NCBI RefSeq assembly: GCF_963921235.1
Contig: NC_086109.1
Location: 32,118,001 to 32,182,000 of the forward strand
Length of the DNA stretch: 64,000 bases
Reading direction: 5' to 3'
From: Mobula hypostoma
Lineage: Eukaryota
Shown: one piece after another, positions 23,465-35,263 of the stretch
Layout: each line of letters opens with the position of its first letter
Position numbering within the stretch: position 1 is the first letter of the stretch
Program-made: the position numbers and the translations under genes
The notes under the pieces: generated by a model
What the model saw: only the letters and a program-made list of their open reading frames with translations
Told to the model about the DNA's origin: nothing
The model's database searches: none

Positions 23465-26225
23465 TATATTCAAGCCCTCAAAACTAATCAGTAAACTCCA
23501 ATACCTGTGTCTCAATGCTCCCTTATGCAACTGGATTCTGGATTTCTTCACTTTGACTCCAGTCAGTTCAGATTGGCAAAAACATCTCGTCTACAAAGTC
23601 CATCAGCACAGGAGCATCGCAGGGATATGTACTTAGCCCCCTGCTCTACTTGCATTACACCTATGACTGTGTGGCTAAGTACAGCTCCAACCCCACATTT
23701 AAGTTTGCTGATGACACCACTGTTGTGGGCTGTATAAAAGGGGTTGATAAAACAGCATACAGGAGGGAGATTGAAAACTTGGCTGAGGGGTGTAATAACA
23801 ACAACCTTTCACTCAATGTCGGTAAGACCAAGGAACTGATTGCAAACTTCAGGAGAGGGAAACCAGAGGTCCATAAACCAATAATCATCAGTGGATCAGA
23901 GAAGAGAATCAGTAACTTTAACTTCCTGGGTGGCACTGCCTTAGAGGATCTGTCCTGGACCCCGAACCCATCATATAAATATTATCGCAAAGAAATCACG
24001 ACAGCACCTCTACTTCCTCGGGAGTCTGCGGAGATTCGGTACGTCACCGAAAACTTTGGCAAACTTCTGTAGATGTATGGTAGGAAGTGTGCTGACTGGC
24101 TGCATTACAGCCTGGTATAGGAACACCAATGCCTTTGAGCAGAAAATCCTGCAAAAGGTTGCAGATTCAACCCAGTAAATCACGGTCAAAACCCTCCCAA
24201 CCACTGAGCACATCTACATGAAACATTGCCATAGAAAAGCAGCATCCAGCATCAAAGATCCTCACCACCCAGGCCATGCACTTTTCTCACTGCTGCCCTC
24301 AGGTAGAAGATACAGGTGCCTCAGGACTCACACCACCAGGTTCAAGTTACAACCCCTCAACCATCAGGCTCTTGAACCAAAGGGGATAACTATACTCATT
24401 TAAGGACTCTGTTTTCTTGTTATTTCACACTCGTTATTTATTGTTATTAATTGATATCTGCATTTGCCCAGTTTGTTTACAGTTTATAGTTACTGACATT
24501 TACAGTTTACAGTTACAGGTTTCCCCCGCCATCCAAAGGTAGAGCATTCCTATGAAATGGTTCGTAGGCCGGAATGTCGTAAAGCAAATAAGCAATTACT
24601 ATTTATTTATATGGGAAAAATTTGTGAGCGTTCACAGACCCAAAAATAACCTAACAAATCATGACAAATAACACATAAAACCTAAAATAACAGTAACATA
24701 TAGTAAAAGCAGGAATGATATGATGAATACACAGCCTATGTAAAGTAGAAATACTTTTCCACAATCATTGCTGCACTGTTCTCCGTAGCGAAAATCTCAC
24801 ACAAGCGCTGTTGGCAAAAACACGGCGCAAGCGCTCTCCAGTAACCTTTAAGCTATGAAGCTGCCAAATCATATCAAATAACATGTAAAAATACACAGCT
24901 GATATAAAGTAGAAATAATGTACATACAGTGTAGTATCACTTACGGGAATCGGGAAGACAGCGCCGAGCACACTGATGATGGTGTGTTAGGCTGAGTCGT
25001 CAGAGGTTGGGGTGGTGCAGTGGTCCCCACCCTCCAAGCAGCGAACTGATACCGATCCGCAAAGCATGCAACAGTCCAGCGGTAGCCTGGACGCACCCAA
25101 CACATCTTTAAGAAAAAAGCCGAAATAAACAAGCAAATTAAATAGGTGCCGCCCAGCACGTAAATGTCGGCCCAGATCAGAGGCGACGCAATCAGCAATC
25201 GTCTATGATCTGGGCCGACAATTACGTGCCGGGCGGCACCTAATTAATTAGCTTGTTTATTTGGGCTTTTTTTCTTAAAGATGTGTTGGGTGCCTCCCGG
25301 CTACCGCTGCGTTCTCCGCGGATCAGTATCTGGTTTGGGGTGGTGGAACACGGGGGTGTCATCTCATCATCATCTGTTTCTATTAGGGCAGGCAGGTCAT
25401 CTTCTTCTATGTCTGCTTGCCTCGATGTCAAAGGTCGAGGTTCGTCGTCTGCTGTGGCTGATGTGGAAGGCTTGCTTGACTGATTAGCCTCGCGCATTTT
25501 TAGATCATACAGTTCTTTGTAAGCACTCAAACCATTCTGCAAATATGCCCTAAACCGAAGTACCCCTTCAAAATTGTCTTTCAGTTGCTTTATGTCCAGT
25601 TCCTGGACGACTTCACTTTCGGTCCGTTCGGTACTGCATTCGGTTTTGATTGTTATCCTTTCCTCTTGCAATTGCATCAGCTCTTCATCTATCAGTTCTT
25701 GGTCATGGGATGCCAAAACCTCTTCAACATCATCTTCATCAGCTTCCACAAGCCAAACTCACGTTGTCCTTGCTTCGTTCACCACGATCGAAATGCTTAA
25801 TTATGTCTAGTTTTACACTAAGTGTAACACCCTTACGAACTCTTTCAGGCTTTTCCGATACCTTAGAACTCGTCTTGCTAACGGCTGCTCATGGGCACGT
25901 GCTTAAGCAATGCCGGCGAGAATGCCGTTCTGAACCCGGGGGAGAGCGGCTGCTTGGGATGCGCGCTGATTTTTATCCCACGCTGCCTTTTTTTTCCGCA
26001 CGCTGCTTTTTTTTGTAACAGTGAAAACACCTTCTGTTAGCGAAAACAGGTAACTAATGTAGGTCTTTCGTAACAGTGAAGTTTCGTAAAGCGAACGTTC
26101 GAAAAGCGGGGGACACCTGTACCTTTCTATAGATTTGCTAAGAATGCCCGCAGAAAAAGAATCTCATGGTTGTATGCGGTGACATATGTGCACTCTGATA
26201 ATAAATTTTACTTTGAACTTTGAAC
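23465..26225 (+). mobile_element. Rex1/Babar LINE 3' part, split by a Tigger insertion in its 3' UTR
   Basis: KFADDTTVVG RT motif (23650-24072) and HPGHALFSLLPSGRRYR. The 3' UTR resumes after 26119 and ends in (TTTGAAC)n. Confidence 0.88.
24516..26119 (-). mobile_element. Tigger/pogo DNA transposon, internally deleted
   Basis: Terminal inverted repeats (TIRs) CAGGTTTCCCCCGC and GCGGGGGACACCTG, with TA on both sides. The minus strand has a CENP-B-like N-terminus (RKGVTLSVKLDIIKHFDRGER, about 25775-25840) joined to an acidic Tigger C-terminus (DEDDVEEVLASHDQELIDEELMQL). No DDD domain. Confidence 0.9.
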
Positions 26226-27366
26226 AATGTGGTTCTCAGTAGTGAAGCTTAATATAAAACATTGGAACTATTAATTTGTACTATTTATACAACGATAATA
26301 ATTATACTACAGTGTAACTTATTACTTCTCTGATCTTTCTGTAATGGTATTACTACCCCTTCTTAAACGATTCTGAATTTTGAATCTTGAAATCTGTTCA
26401 TAAAACTTCTTTTCTGGCATTACGGAACTGAATATTATCTTTCCCCTGATGTGAAACACAACTAAACTCATTTCTAAATCACTTTGAATTAACTTGGACC
26501 TCACATTACCTACTTTAAGGAGTAATACCTTCCAAAACTGATCCACATAGAATGATGTCATACCCCAGTCCATCCCCATTTTGGGTTCCTGAACCAGGAG
26601 CAATTGTTATTGGTCACTCCTGTGACAATATTCAGAAATATTCACAAGTCAATGGAAGGAGAAAAGTAAAAACTCAGTGTAAAAGGTCAAATTAAAACAA
26701 TTAAAAACACATAAGTATGTAAGGGGTTTCATCTTTTATGTTACTGCGTATGTTAATCAAAATGGCTTCTTTGTTATGTTAAATGCTGAGAAGGTTCTTT
26801 CGCTGCAGCTTGTTTGGGTTATCTTATTGATAAGAGAGCAAATGAACCAATGAGTGTCCATGTGATTCTTTTTTGTGGTAATATTCTGTCTCATATGGCT
26901 GGGAAACGGTGTTTTTGGCAGGCTCTTGGAGGAGAGACCGGGAGTAAGACGGACGTGCTGGGGGTGCTCTGGTCCATCACCTTGAGTGGTCCTGAGCTGC
27001 AAGTCGAGGAGGTCGGAGTGGATCGCAGGGTGAAGAAAGACGGTCCCGGGTATTTGAGCTCCACCTGTGTGCACGAAGAAATTGAACTTTGATAAGACTG
27101 GTGCCTTTTTCTTTTCCTTTTATATTGTATCTCTATAAATCTCATAGAACTAGTAAGATTTATAAAGTGTAATTTGTAAAATGTACATTGTGTGCTGGCT
27201 GATGATTGATGTTTGAGGCCGAATGAGGTGACATTCCACAGCGACCGACGCAACCGGGAGACACGGTTGGATGGCGGACAGGGTTTCCCCTAGATAAATA
27301 CGAGCCAATATAGCTGAGTGTTACAAGTAAAATCAATTAATTTAAAAAACTGTAAATCACCTTAAA

Positions 27367-28160
27367 GCAAAACACACAAAATGCAGGAGGAACTCATCGG
27401 ATCAGGTAGCACCTATGGAGGGAAAAAAACAGTCCCCTTTTCAAGCTGAGACCCTTCATCAGGACCACAAAAGAATGGGGCGGAACACAGAATGAGAAGT
27501 TTGGGGGGAGGGGCATGAGTACAAGCTGGCAGGTGATGGGTGAGACTGGTCGGGGGGAAGGTGGGAGGGTGGAGGAGTGGGGAATAATGGGAGAAGCTGG
27601 GAAGTGATGAGTGGAAGAGGTGAAGGGATGAAGAAGGAATGTGATTGGAGAGGAGACTGGTCAGGGGGAAGGTGGGACGGTGGAGGAGTGGGGAATGATG
27701 GGAGAAGCTGGGAAGTGATGGGTGGAAGAGGTAAAGGGATGAAGAAGGAATCTGATAGAAGAGGACAGTAGACTATGGAAGAAAGGGGAAGAGAAGGAGA
27801 ACCAGAGGAAGGTGAGGGGCAGGTCATGAATGCCAGGGAGGTGAAGAGAAAAGATGAGAAGGCTGCTAGAATGAGGAGAGTGGAAACAGGGGAGTAGTTA
27901 CTGGAAGTTAGAAACATTGATGCTCGTGCCACCAGGTTGGTGTCTACCCAAATGGAATATAAGGTGTTGTTCCACCAAACTGTATTTGGCCTCATCATGC
28001 CAGTGAGGGCATGGAAAGTGGAATTGAAATGGGTAGCCACTGGAAGGTCCTGTCTGTTGCAACAGACAGAGCAAAGGTATTTGACAAAGTTGTTTCCCAA
28101 TCTGCATGAGATCTCACCAATATAGAGGAAATCAGACTGGGAGCAACTCTGCCAACTCAA
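27367..28160 (-). mobile_element. Penelope-like element 3' part with GIY-YIG fragment
   Basis: LYIGEISCRLG...DLPVATHFNS and EQHLIFHLGRHQP. The purine tract has a 111-bp tandem duplication (copies start at 27542 and 27653). Degenerate hammerhead at 27431-27465. Confidence 0.85.
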
Positions 28161-29044
28161 CTCACCCACAAACACAGACCAATACCACAGGCGTAGCTTT
28201 CTGCAATAAAAATGCAATGTTGCATTAGAAAATATTTAACCAGATATATACTTAGGATAACTTAATATAACATTAGAATCTTGTAATGGATCAGTACAAT
28301 AATGGGTAAATAATCTTGTGATTCTTTCATTAATTTGAATAAAGCAGCAATGATACTTGCAAATAAAATGCAACAAATTTTTGATAAGAATTTAAATTAG
28401 TTCAGTTTAATATTTTGAGCTTCCACAAGCTACATAGAATACATGCCAATATATTTCAGAAACCCTTAAGTTGTTCAGTCTGTATTAACACAATTTAAGT
28501 GGATTTTCATGACGGCTAGGATGAGATTATTGGTATTAACTGGCCTAGTACAACACCAAAGGAAGCTGCTTTTAGTAAACAAATCTCTTTACTGCTTTCA
28601 AAAAGTGCTCTAACCTTGACAACATAAAAATCTTAAACTGGCGGCTGAGTAATTCGTAATCACTGCTTTTAAAATAGGATTTGAAACAAACTTGCAAGTT
28701 CTGCTTTCCCTCAGCTCCCTGTACTTGCAGCAACATAAATATTATAATTCACTGCCATTACATTACCACACAACTTTCTGACAGAGCAAGGGAGAAAATG
28801 GGTTTCTTACTGCCATATTTTCTTTGTGGTCCGGACAACAAAAGGAGAATCACTAATTTAAAATGGTAATCAGCAGCGCAGATTTCCAGCATTAGATGAA
28901 GTGACCAATACATTAAATACTATGGTACGTATACCATTACATTACATGCTGCAACATAAAACGTATTTGGTTTTGTAATATTACAGGGCCCAAAAGGCTA
29001 AATTCAAGGAGGATGCTAACCCCTAGCTAGGTAATCTAAAACCA

Positions 29045-29350
29045 GGCTTCATATTTAAGCTTGCTGATGACACCACTGTCATAGGCTGGATCAAAGGCAG
29101 TGATGAATCAGCGTATAGGAAGGAGATTGAAATCCTGGCTAAGTAGTACCAAAACAACAATGGCAGCAAGACCAAGGAGCTGATTTTTGGCTTCAGGAGG
29201 AGGAAACCAGAGGTCCAGGAACTAGTCCTCATCAGAGGATCGGAGGTGGCGAGGGTCAGCAACGTTAAATTCCTCTGTGTTATTATTTCAGAAGTCCTGT
29301 CCTGGTCCCAGCACGTAAGTGCAATTACGAAAAAAGCAGGACAACACCTA
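29045..29350 (+). mobile_element. Rex1/Babar RT fragment
   Basis: Encodes FKLADDTTVIG...KTKELIFGFRRRKPE; similar to 23700-24000. Confidence 0.8.
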
Positions 29351-30050
29351 TAAGACCATAAGACATAGAAGCAGAATTAGGCATCCGGCCCATCGAGTCT
29401 GCTCCACCATTCAATCATGGCTGATCCAATTTTCTCTCCTCCTCAACCCCAGTTTCCAGCCTTCTCGCCGTAACCTTTGATGCCATGTCCAATCAAGAAC
29501 CTATCAATCTCTGCCTTAAATACATTCAACGACCTGGCCTCCACAGCTGCACATGGCAACAAATTCCATAAATTCACCACCCTTTAGCTAAAGAAATTTC
29601 TCCACAACTCTGTTTTGAAAGGGAGCCCCTCTATCCAGAAGCTGAGCCCTCTTGGCCTAGACTCTCCCACTATGGGAAACATCCTTTCCACATCTACTCT
29701 GTCTAGGCCTTTCAACATTAGAAAGGTTTCAATGAAATCCTCCCTCATCCTTCTGAATTGCAGTCAGTACAGACCCACAACCATCAAACGTTCCTCGTAT
29801 GATAACCCTTTCATTCCTGGAATAATCCTTGTGAACCTCCTCTGGACCCTTTCCAACGCCAGCACATCTTTTCTAAGATGAGGGACCCAAAACTGTTCAC
29901 AATACTCAAGATGAGGCCTCACCAATGCCTTATAAAGCCTCAGCATCACATCCTTGCTCTTGTATTCTGGACCTCTTGAAATGAATGCTAACGTAGCATT
30001 TGCCTTCCTCACCACCAACTCAACCTACAAGTTAACCTTCAGGGTGTTCT
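29351..30050 (-). mobile_element. CR1 LINE 3' fragment
   Basis: ORF LYKALVRPHLEYCEQFW...ALERVQRRFTR (29764-30018). (TAAGACCA)n tail. Confidence 0.92.
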
Positions 30051-32345
30051 GCCTTGAACATACCAGCATCATATGGCTTCAAATCCAAATGGCTAAGAAA
30101 GAAAGAAATGACCTGCATGTCTTGTTCCTCGACCTGGCCAACCCCTATGGATCAGTTCCTCATTCCCTACTGTGGACTGCTTTTGAATTCTTTCAGGTGC
30201 CTGCAACAATAACAAATCTGGTAAAACACTACTTACAGAATCTGCAAGTTTGTCTCACAACATCAGACTTCACCGCAGCGTGGCAACGACTGGAAGTAGG
30301 CAACATGGCGGGGTGCACCATCTCCCCATTGGCCTTTACTATGGCAATGGAGCTCATTATCAGAGCCTCAAAATGGGTTGGGGGAGGAAAAGGGCTACAG
30401 TTTGGTCAATGGTTACCACCGATACACGCTTATATGGATGATATAACAGTACTGACGACAACTGTCCCCTGTACCAAGAGACTTCAGGAAAAGCTTCATC
30501 AAAACATCACATGGGCGAGCATGAAGATCAAGCCCATCAAGTGGAGAAGCATCTCTATTGTCAAAGGTCAAGTCACGGATAAAAGATTTCATATTGACGG
30601 AACATCTGTCCCAACTGTTTCAGAAATGCCAGTGAAGAGCCCTGGCCGATGGTATGATGCTAAGCTCAAGGACACCGAGCAGTTTAAACAACTCATAAAG
30701 AATACCACCATGTACATAGCTCGCATCAACAAGACCTGGCTGCCAGGAAAACTCAAGCTGTGGTGCTTCCAGTTCGGCATACTCCAAGACTCACGTGGCC
30801 TTTAACAGTGTATGAAATTCCCATCAGCAAGGTTGAAAAGCTCGGAAGTGTGATCAGCACACATGTAAAACAGTGGCTTGGACTTCCGCGATGCTTAAGT
30901 CCTGTTGGACTGTAAGGGAACAGCAAATTGGAATTACTAATTGCAAGTCTTGTGGAAGAATTCAAATGCACCAAAGCAAGGTTGGTCATGACCCTCAATG
31001 AATCTGAAGATACTGTTATTCGAACAGTGCCTGCCCCCCCCCCACCGTGTGGCAACGGGGAGTGAGTGGGCCCCATTTGAAGCTGTTCAGAGTGCTACGT
31101 CTGCTCTTCGCTTCAGGGATGTGGTTGCCCAAGTCCAACATGGGAGAGCCGGGCTCCGGCTCGTCCCAAAAGCTCCTCAATGTCACAAGGAAACATCAGT
31201 GCAGAAGAGACGGCTCGTGGTGGAGGAGGTGAGAAGACAGGAGGAGGCAGAGTGACACACCAGGGCCATCTCAATGGCCAAGCAGGGCCAATGGTCTAAT
31301 TGGGAGAGCCTGGAAAAGAGGAAACTTAGCTGGTGTGACATCTGGCAGATGGAGGGATCTCGGCTAAGTTTTGTCATCAGAGCCACTTATGACCTCCTGC
31401 CCACACCCCAGAACCTGAACCAATGGTGGGGAGAAGACCCCGCTTGCTTTCTTTGTAAAATACCTGCATCACTAAGGCACATTTTAACAGATGCACCACG
31501 AGCCCCACCCAGGGGTGGTACACTTGGCGGCATAACCAAGTTCTCAGACAGCTGGCATCAATCTTGGAACAGAGGCGAATCACCACAAATGCTCTCCCAC
31601 AGACATCGGCAGGAAATGTCCACATCACACGATTTGTACCAGCAGGCCAACCTCCGGAGCACATATAACATCAAAAGATGTAAGCATTCTGCAGGTTGCT
31701 CGGGATTGGAAAATGGACGTGGACTTGGGAAAAAAAGCTTGTGTTTCCCCCAGACATTATGGCTACAACACTCTGGCCAGACATGGTCCTGTGGTCCACA
31801 ACAGCCAAGCTGGCATATGTTGTGGAATTGACAGTACCATGGGAAGATGGTGTCGAAGAAGCTTATGAGAGGAAAAAGACCAAGTACTCTGAACTAGCAA
31901 CTGAAGCTGCCCAGAATGGCTGGAAGACCAAGATTTTCCCTGTAGAAGTGGGATGCAGGAGACTCGTTGCTACATCTACGACCAGTCTATTGAAGAAGAT
32001 GGGGGTGAGGGGTCACTCCCTCCAAGAAGCAATCAAGTCCTTGTCAAATGCAGCAGAAGAAAGCAGCAATTGGATTTGGATTAAAAGGAAAGACAACAAC
32101 TGGGCTGTAAGCTGAAGACAGGAGGGTTTGGAACTGAGGGGGTGTGTATCAGGGACACCAGGTAGCACCATTGAGCCCTCCGGAGATGTCGTGGACTTAT
32201 CAACGAAACGTCAAAGAAGGAGGGTGCCCACCTGATGACCCTGATGACGTACCTTCCCTCCTTGTCACCACTCCAAGCCCACTGCCAACATCAAGAGTGA
32301 CGACTTACCATACAGATTGAAACATCAAGTCCTAGTAGCTCTACT
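30049..32345 (+). mobile_element. HERO-like (R2 superfamily, RT plus restriction-like endonuclease) non-LTR retrotransposon, 5'-truncated, several frameshifts and stops
   Basis: RT motifs CLEH, FLDLANPYGSVPH, GCTISPLAF and YMDD. Zinc knuckle CFLC...LRHIL, then YTWRHNQVL, then the endonuclease PDMVLWS...ELTVPWE...ERKKTKY...PVEVGCR. Stop at 32113-32115 followed by a 3' UTR of about 230 bp. Confidence 0.85.
32176..32247 (+). ncRNA. Candidate hammerhead ribozyme with non-standard (pseudoknotted) strand order in the HERO-like 3' UTR
   Basis: GAUGU-C^ (32185-32190) pairs with GAA-ACGUC (32205-32212). GUGGAC (32191-32196) pairs with GCCCAC (32226-32231), which directly precedes CUGAUGA (32232-32238). 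UUAUCA (32197-32202) pairs with UGAUGA (32242-32247). CCCUCC/GGAGGG extends stem III. Confidence 0.5.
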
Positions 32346-32965
32346 AATCTACTCTACTGATATAGAGGGAATCAGGGAAGTTGTGATTGTGCAGGAAAAT
32401 GGCACTGAGGTGGAAGAACAGCCATGATCGTGAAGAATGGCAAAGGAGACTTGAAGAACTGATTGGCCTCGTCATATTTCTTTTTCTCGTGTCCTCATGA
32501 TTGGTTATTAACTATTTAGTGCGGCAAATCTGCAGGCTTTGCTGAATCAGTTTAAGCCTCATCAGTTGAGAACTCTGTGGGTGGAAAGGACAGGCATGAA
32601 ACTGATCTCCGTCACAGGAAGTACCCCCTTTTGCCTCTCCACTACCACCAATGGTGAGGTTTCTTTGCGCCTTTGCCGGAAATCAAGTTGTGCTTGTGCT
32701 GCTACGGGAATGGCTGAAAATTTATATAGCGACACAAAATAGATTCAGCAAGCATTTGCCAATAGGAGTGGATACTCAGGAGGTCATGTCACTTTGAGTC
32801 AATCACATTAGGGACAACGAGCAGAGGTTTCAACCCATAAAGTGCGTGCTGTGGCAGTGAGGAGCTGGAGAAAAGGGCCCTGAAGAGGAGGCTCTATCTA
32901 TCCTATCCTCTTTTGGTAGCAAATCTCATAACGAGCAGTAGCACAGGAGATACTGTGGAAGATTA

Positions 32966-33400
32966 TAAACACAAGAGATTCTGCAGATGCTGGAAATACA
33001 GAGCAACACACGCGTTACAGTCTGAAGCTCTTCATCAGGATCATCAATCTCATCATCAATGTCTTCATGAAGGGTCTCGTCCTGAAACATTGACTGTTTA
33101 TTTCCTTCCACAGATGCTGCCTAACCTGCTGTGTTACTTATTACGTTGGATGCTCCTGTTGTGACCTACTTTACATAAGTGAGAGCAGACGCAGATCGGG
33201 GACCTGCTTCGGCTGAAACCTTAATTCCAATTGCTCTGCCAGCAAGGATTTCCCAGTGGTCAAACATTTTAATTCCATTTCCCATTCTCACACCAACATG
33301 TCTGTCCACAGTCTCCTCCATTGCCAGGTCAAGACCAAATGCAGATTAGAGGAATATCACCTCAGTCTCCAAACTGATAGCATGAACATTGAATTCTCAA
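32966..33400 (+). mobile_element. Rearranged Penelope fragments (inverted tail, degenerate hammerhead, GIY-YIG remnant)
   Basis: GATTCTGCAGATGCTGGAAAT (inverted tail); CATGAAGGGTCTCGTCCTGAAACATTGACT; LLYISESRRR...FPVVKHFNSISHSHTNMSVHSLLHC. Confidence 0.75.
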
Positions 33401-33764
33401 AAATACCTCACTGCTTAAAGTTTAGCTAGGTTTTCAAGTATTCACTTTGATGTTATTCCCTTATAACGAAACATGGGCATGGAGAATTTGAAAAAGAAAA
33501 GTGCTCAGAACTAGTAAATTAAATAGCCAAGAAAGAAGAGAAAAGAACAAAAGAAATAGAAAGTATAACATGTTCTTGTGGTGTATTTAAAGTCCATCTG
33601 TGAGGATTACATCCATTCAAGAAGTGATTCAACTCTTTCTGGGTAACTAGAGCCTGGAAAGAAATGAATCTTCCAAGCATTAAAAACAAGTTTTAATTAA
33701 TATTTTATCTCCTTGTGAATTTGGTTAATAGTGTCATTAGGACTTACTTTTTATTGGTCTCAGT

Positions 33765-34275
33765 TTGTTAAGTGTTACCGTGGAGAGCATTCTAACTGGT
33801 TGCATTACTGTCTGCTATGGAGTCGGGGAAGGACTACTACACAGGATCGAAATGAACTTAGTCAGCACCATCATGGGCCTCCGTAGTTTCCAGGACATCT
33901 TCAAGGAGCGATGCCTCAAAAAGGCAGCGTCCATCTCCCAGGACATGCCCTATTCTCATTGCTACCATCAGGAAGGTGGTACAGAAGCCTGAAGGCACAC
34001 ACTCAATGATTCAGGAACAGCTTCTTCTCCTCTGCCATCCAGTTTCTGAAAGGACATTCAAATCATGTACACAACCTCACTACTTTATTTTTTTTTAATT
34101 TTTACACTACTTATTTAATTTAACTATTATATATAAATATATATATTATATATATGCTTAATGTAATTCACATATTTTTCTCTGTTATTATGTATTGCAT
34201 TGTACTGCTGTTGCTAAGACAACAAATTTCACAACATATACCAATGAAATTAAACCTGATTCTGAATCTGATTCT
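33765..34275 (+). mobile_element. Rex1/Babar 3' fragment
   Basis: TVESILTGCITVCYG motif; 3' UTR ends in CTGATTCTGAATCTGATTCT. Confidence 0.8.
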
Positions 34276-34520
34276 TCTTTGCAAATATATTTTCCTGTTG
34301 TTACCTGTTTCCTCTGACCTTTTAAAAATCAAATTTATTTAGTTTTAATTGTTTGAGTTGAAAGTTCCTCAAGTTGATTACGTGGGAAGCCAACAACACT
34401 GTAGACTTGCATGCTATTTTGATTGCCTCACGTACTCTGATTCAAATTTAGCCCAGAATACGCAGGTGAAAGACCTACCTCTTTCCACCAAATATCAGTT
34501 ACCAAACATAAATGAGTTTG

Positions 34521-34973
34521 TGTCACGGTCTTGACCATTAATTCCTCATATTCTCCTAATTCCCTTTTCCCCACGTTCTCCTGGGCTCCTTGATTGTGGC
34601 ACCTGATTCTCATCTAAAACCTGTAGCATAAAAACTCCAGCTTTGCATCCACTCATTGCCAGATCATTGTTTTAGCCAGTGTGGTAATTCATGTTCCCGG
34701 CCGCTTACGATTGTGTATCCTAAGTTTTACTCCAGTACCGAGGTTTACCTGTGTGACTCTGTCTCTCCGTCTCAAGATAAGTATTGCCTGCCACCTGTCT
34801 TTCTGTTTGCCGTGCAACTCCAGCAAAGCTTCATGTCAAGCTCCAGCAATGCTCCTGCCCTCATCTGCATCCGAACTCTATCTCCGTGCCAGTGCCCTGC
34901 GTTTGGGTACGCCCGTTCCGTGCAACAGTTTGGGAATTCTCATTCCAGTTCCAGATTTCATAATAACCTGACA
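34521..34973 (+). mobile_element. Solo LTR-like element (Gypsy-like)
   Basis: TGTCACGGT...AACCTGACA termini (TG...CA with a short inverted repeat). Shares CCTGATTCTCAT and a downstream TATA-like CATAAA with the LTR at 48794. No TSD recognisable. Confidence 0.55.
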
Positions 34974-35263
34974 CTCTCAGCAAGAACTTAACTTGTCTTT
35001 GAAATTTCTATATTTAGTGATGGAAGATTTCATGCAATGTGCTGTCCCACATTGTAGCAATATACGATGGTTTATATGCTGTGCAGGTTCCTGGGGGGTG
35101 GCTTCCCCTTGACATTGGCTGCTCCCGTTAGTCCATCTCAATTTTCTTTCATTCTACAAAACAATTGAATGCCCAATCTGAATTAGAATCAGGTTTGAGT
35201 TAAATCTCTGATTATTATTAGAGACATAGCATTTAATAAGAACAAATGTCTTTCTTTTCAGTT

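Noticed and set aside
27195..27240. Hammerhead at CTGATGA (about 27199)
   Set aside because: No GAAA with a matching stem II/III, and no stem I partner found.
27459..28217. 252-aa ORF as a host gene
   Set aside because: It is a Penelope GIY-YIG remnant read through into the pyrimidine-rich pLTR duplication.
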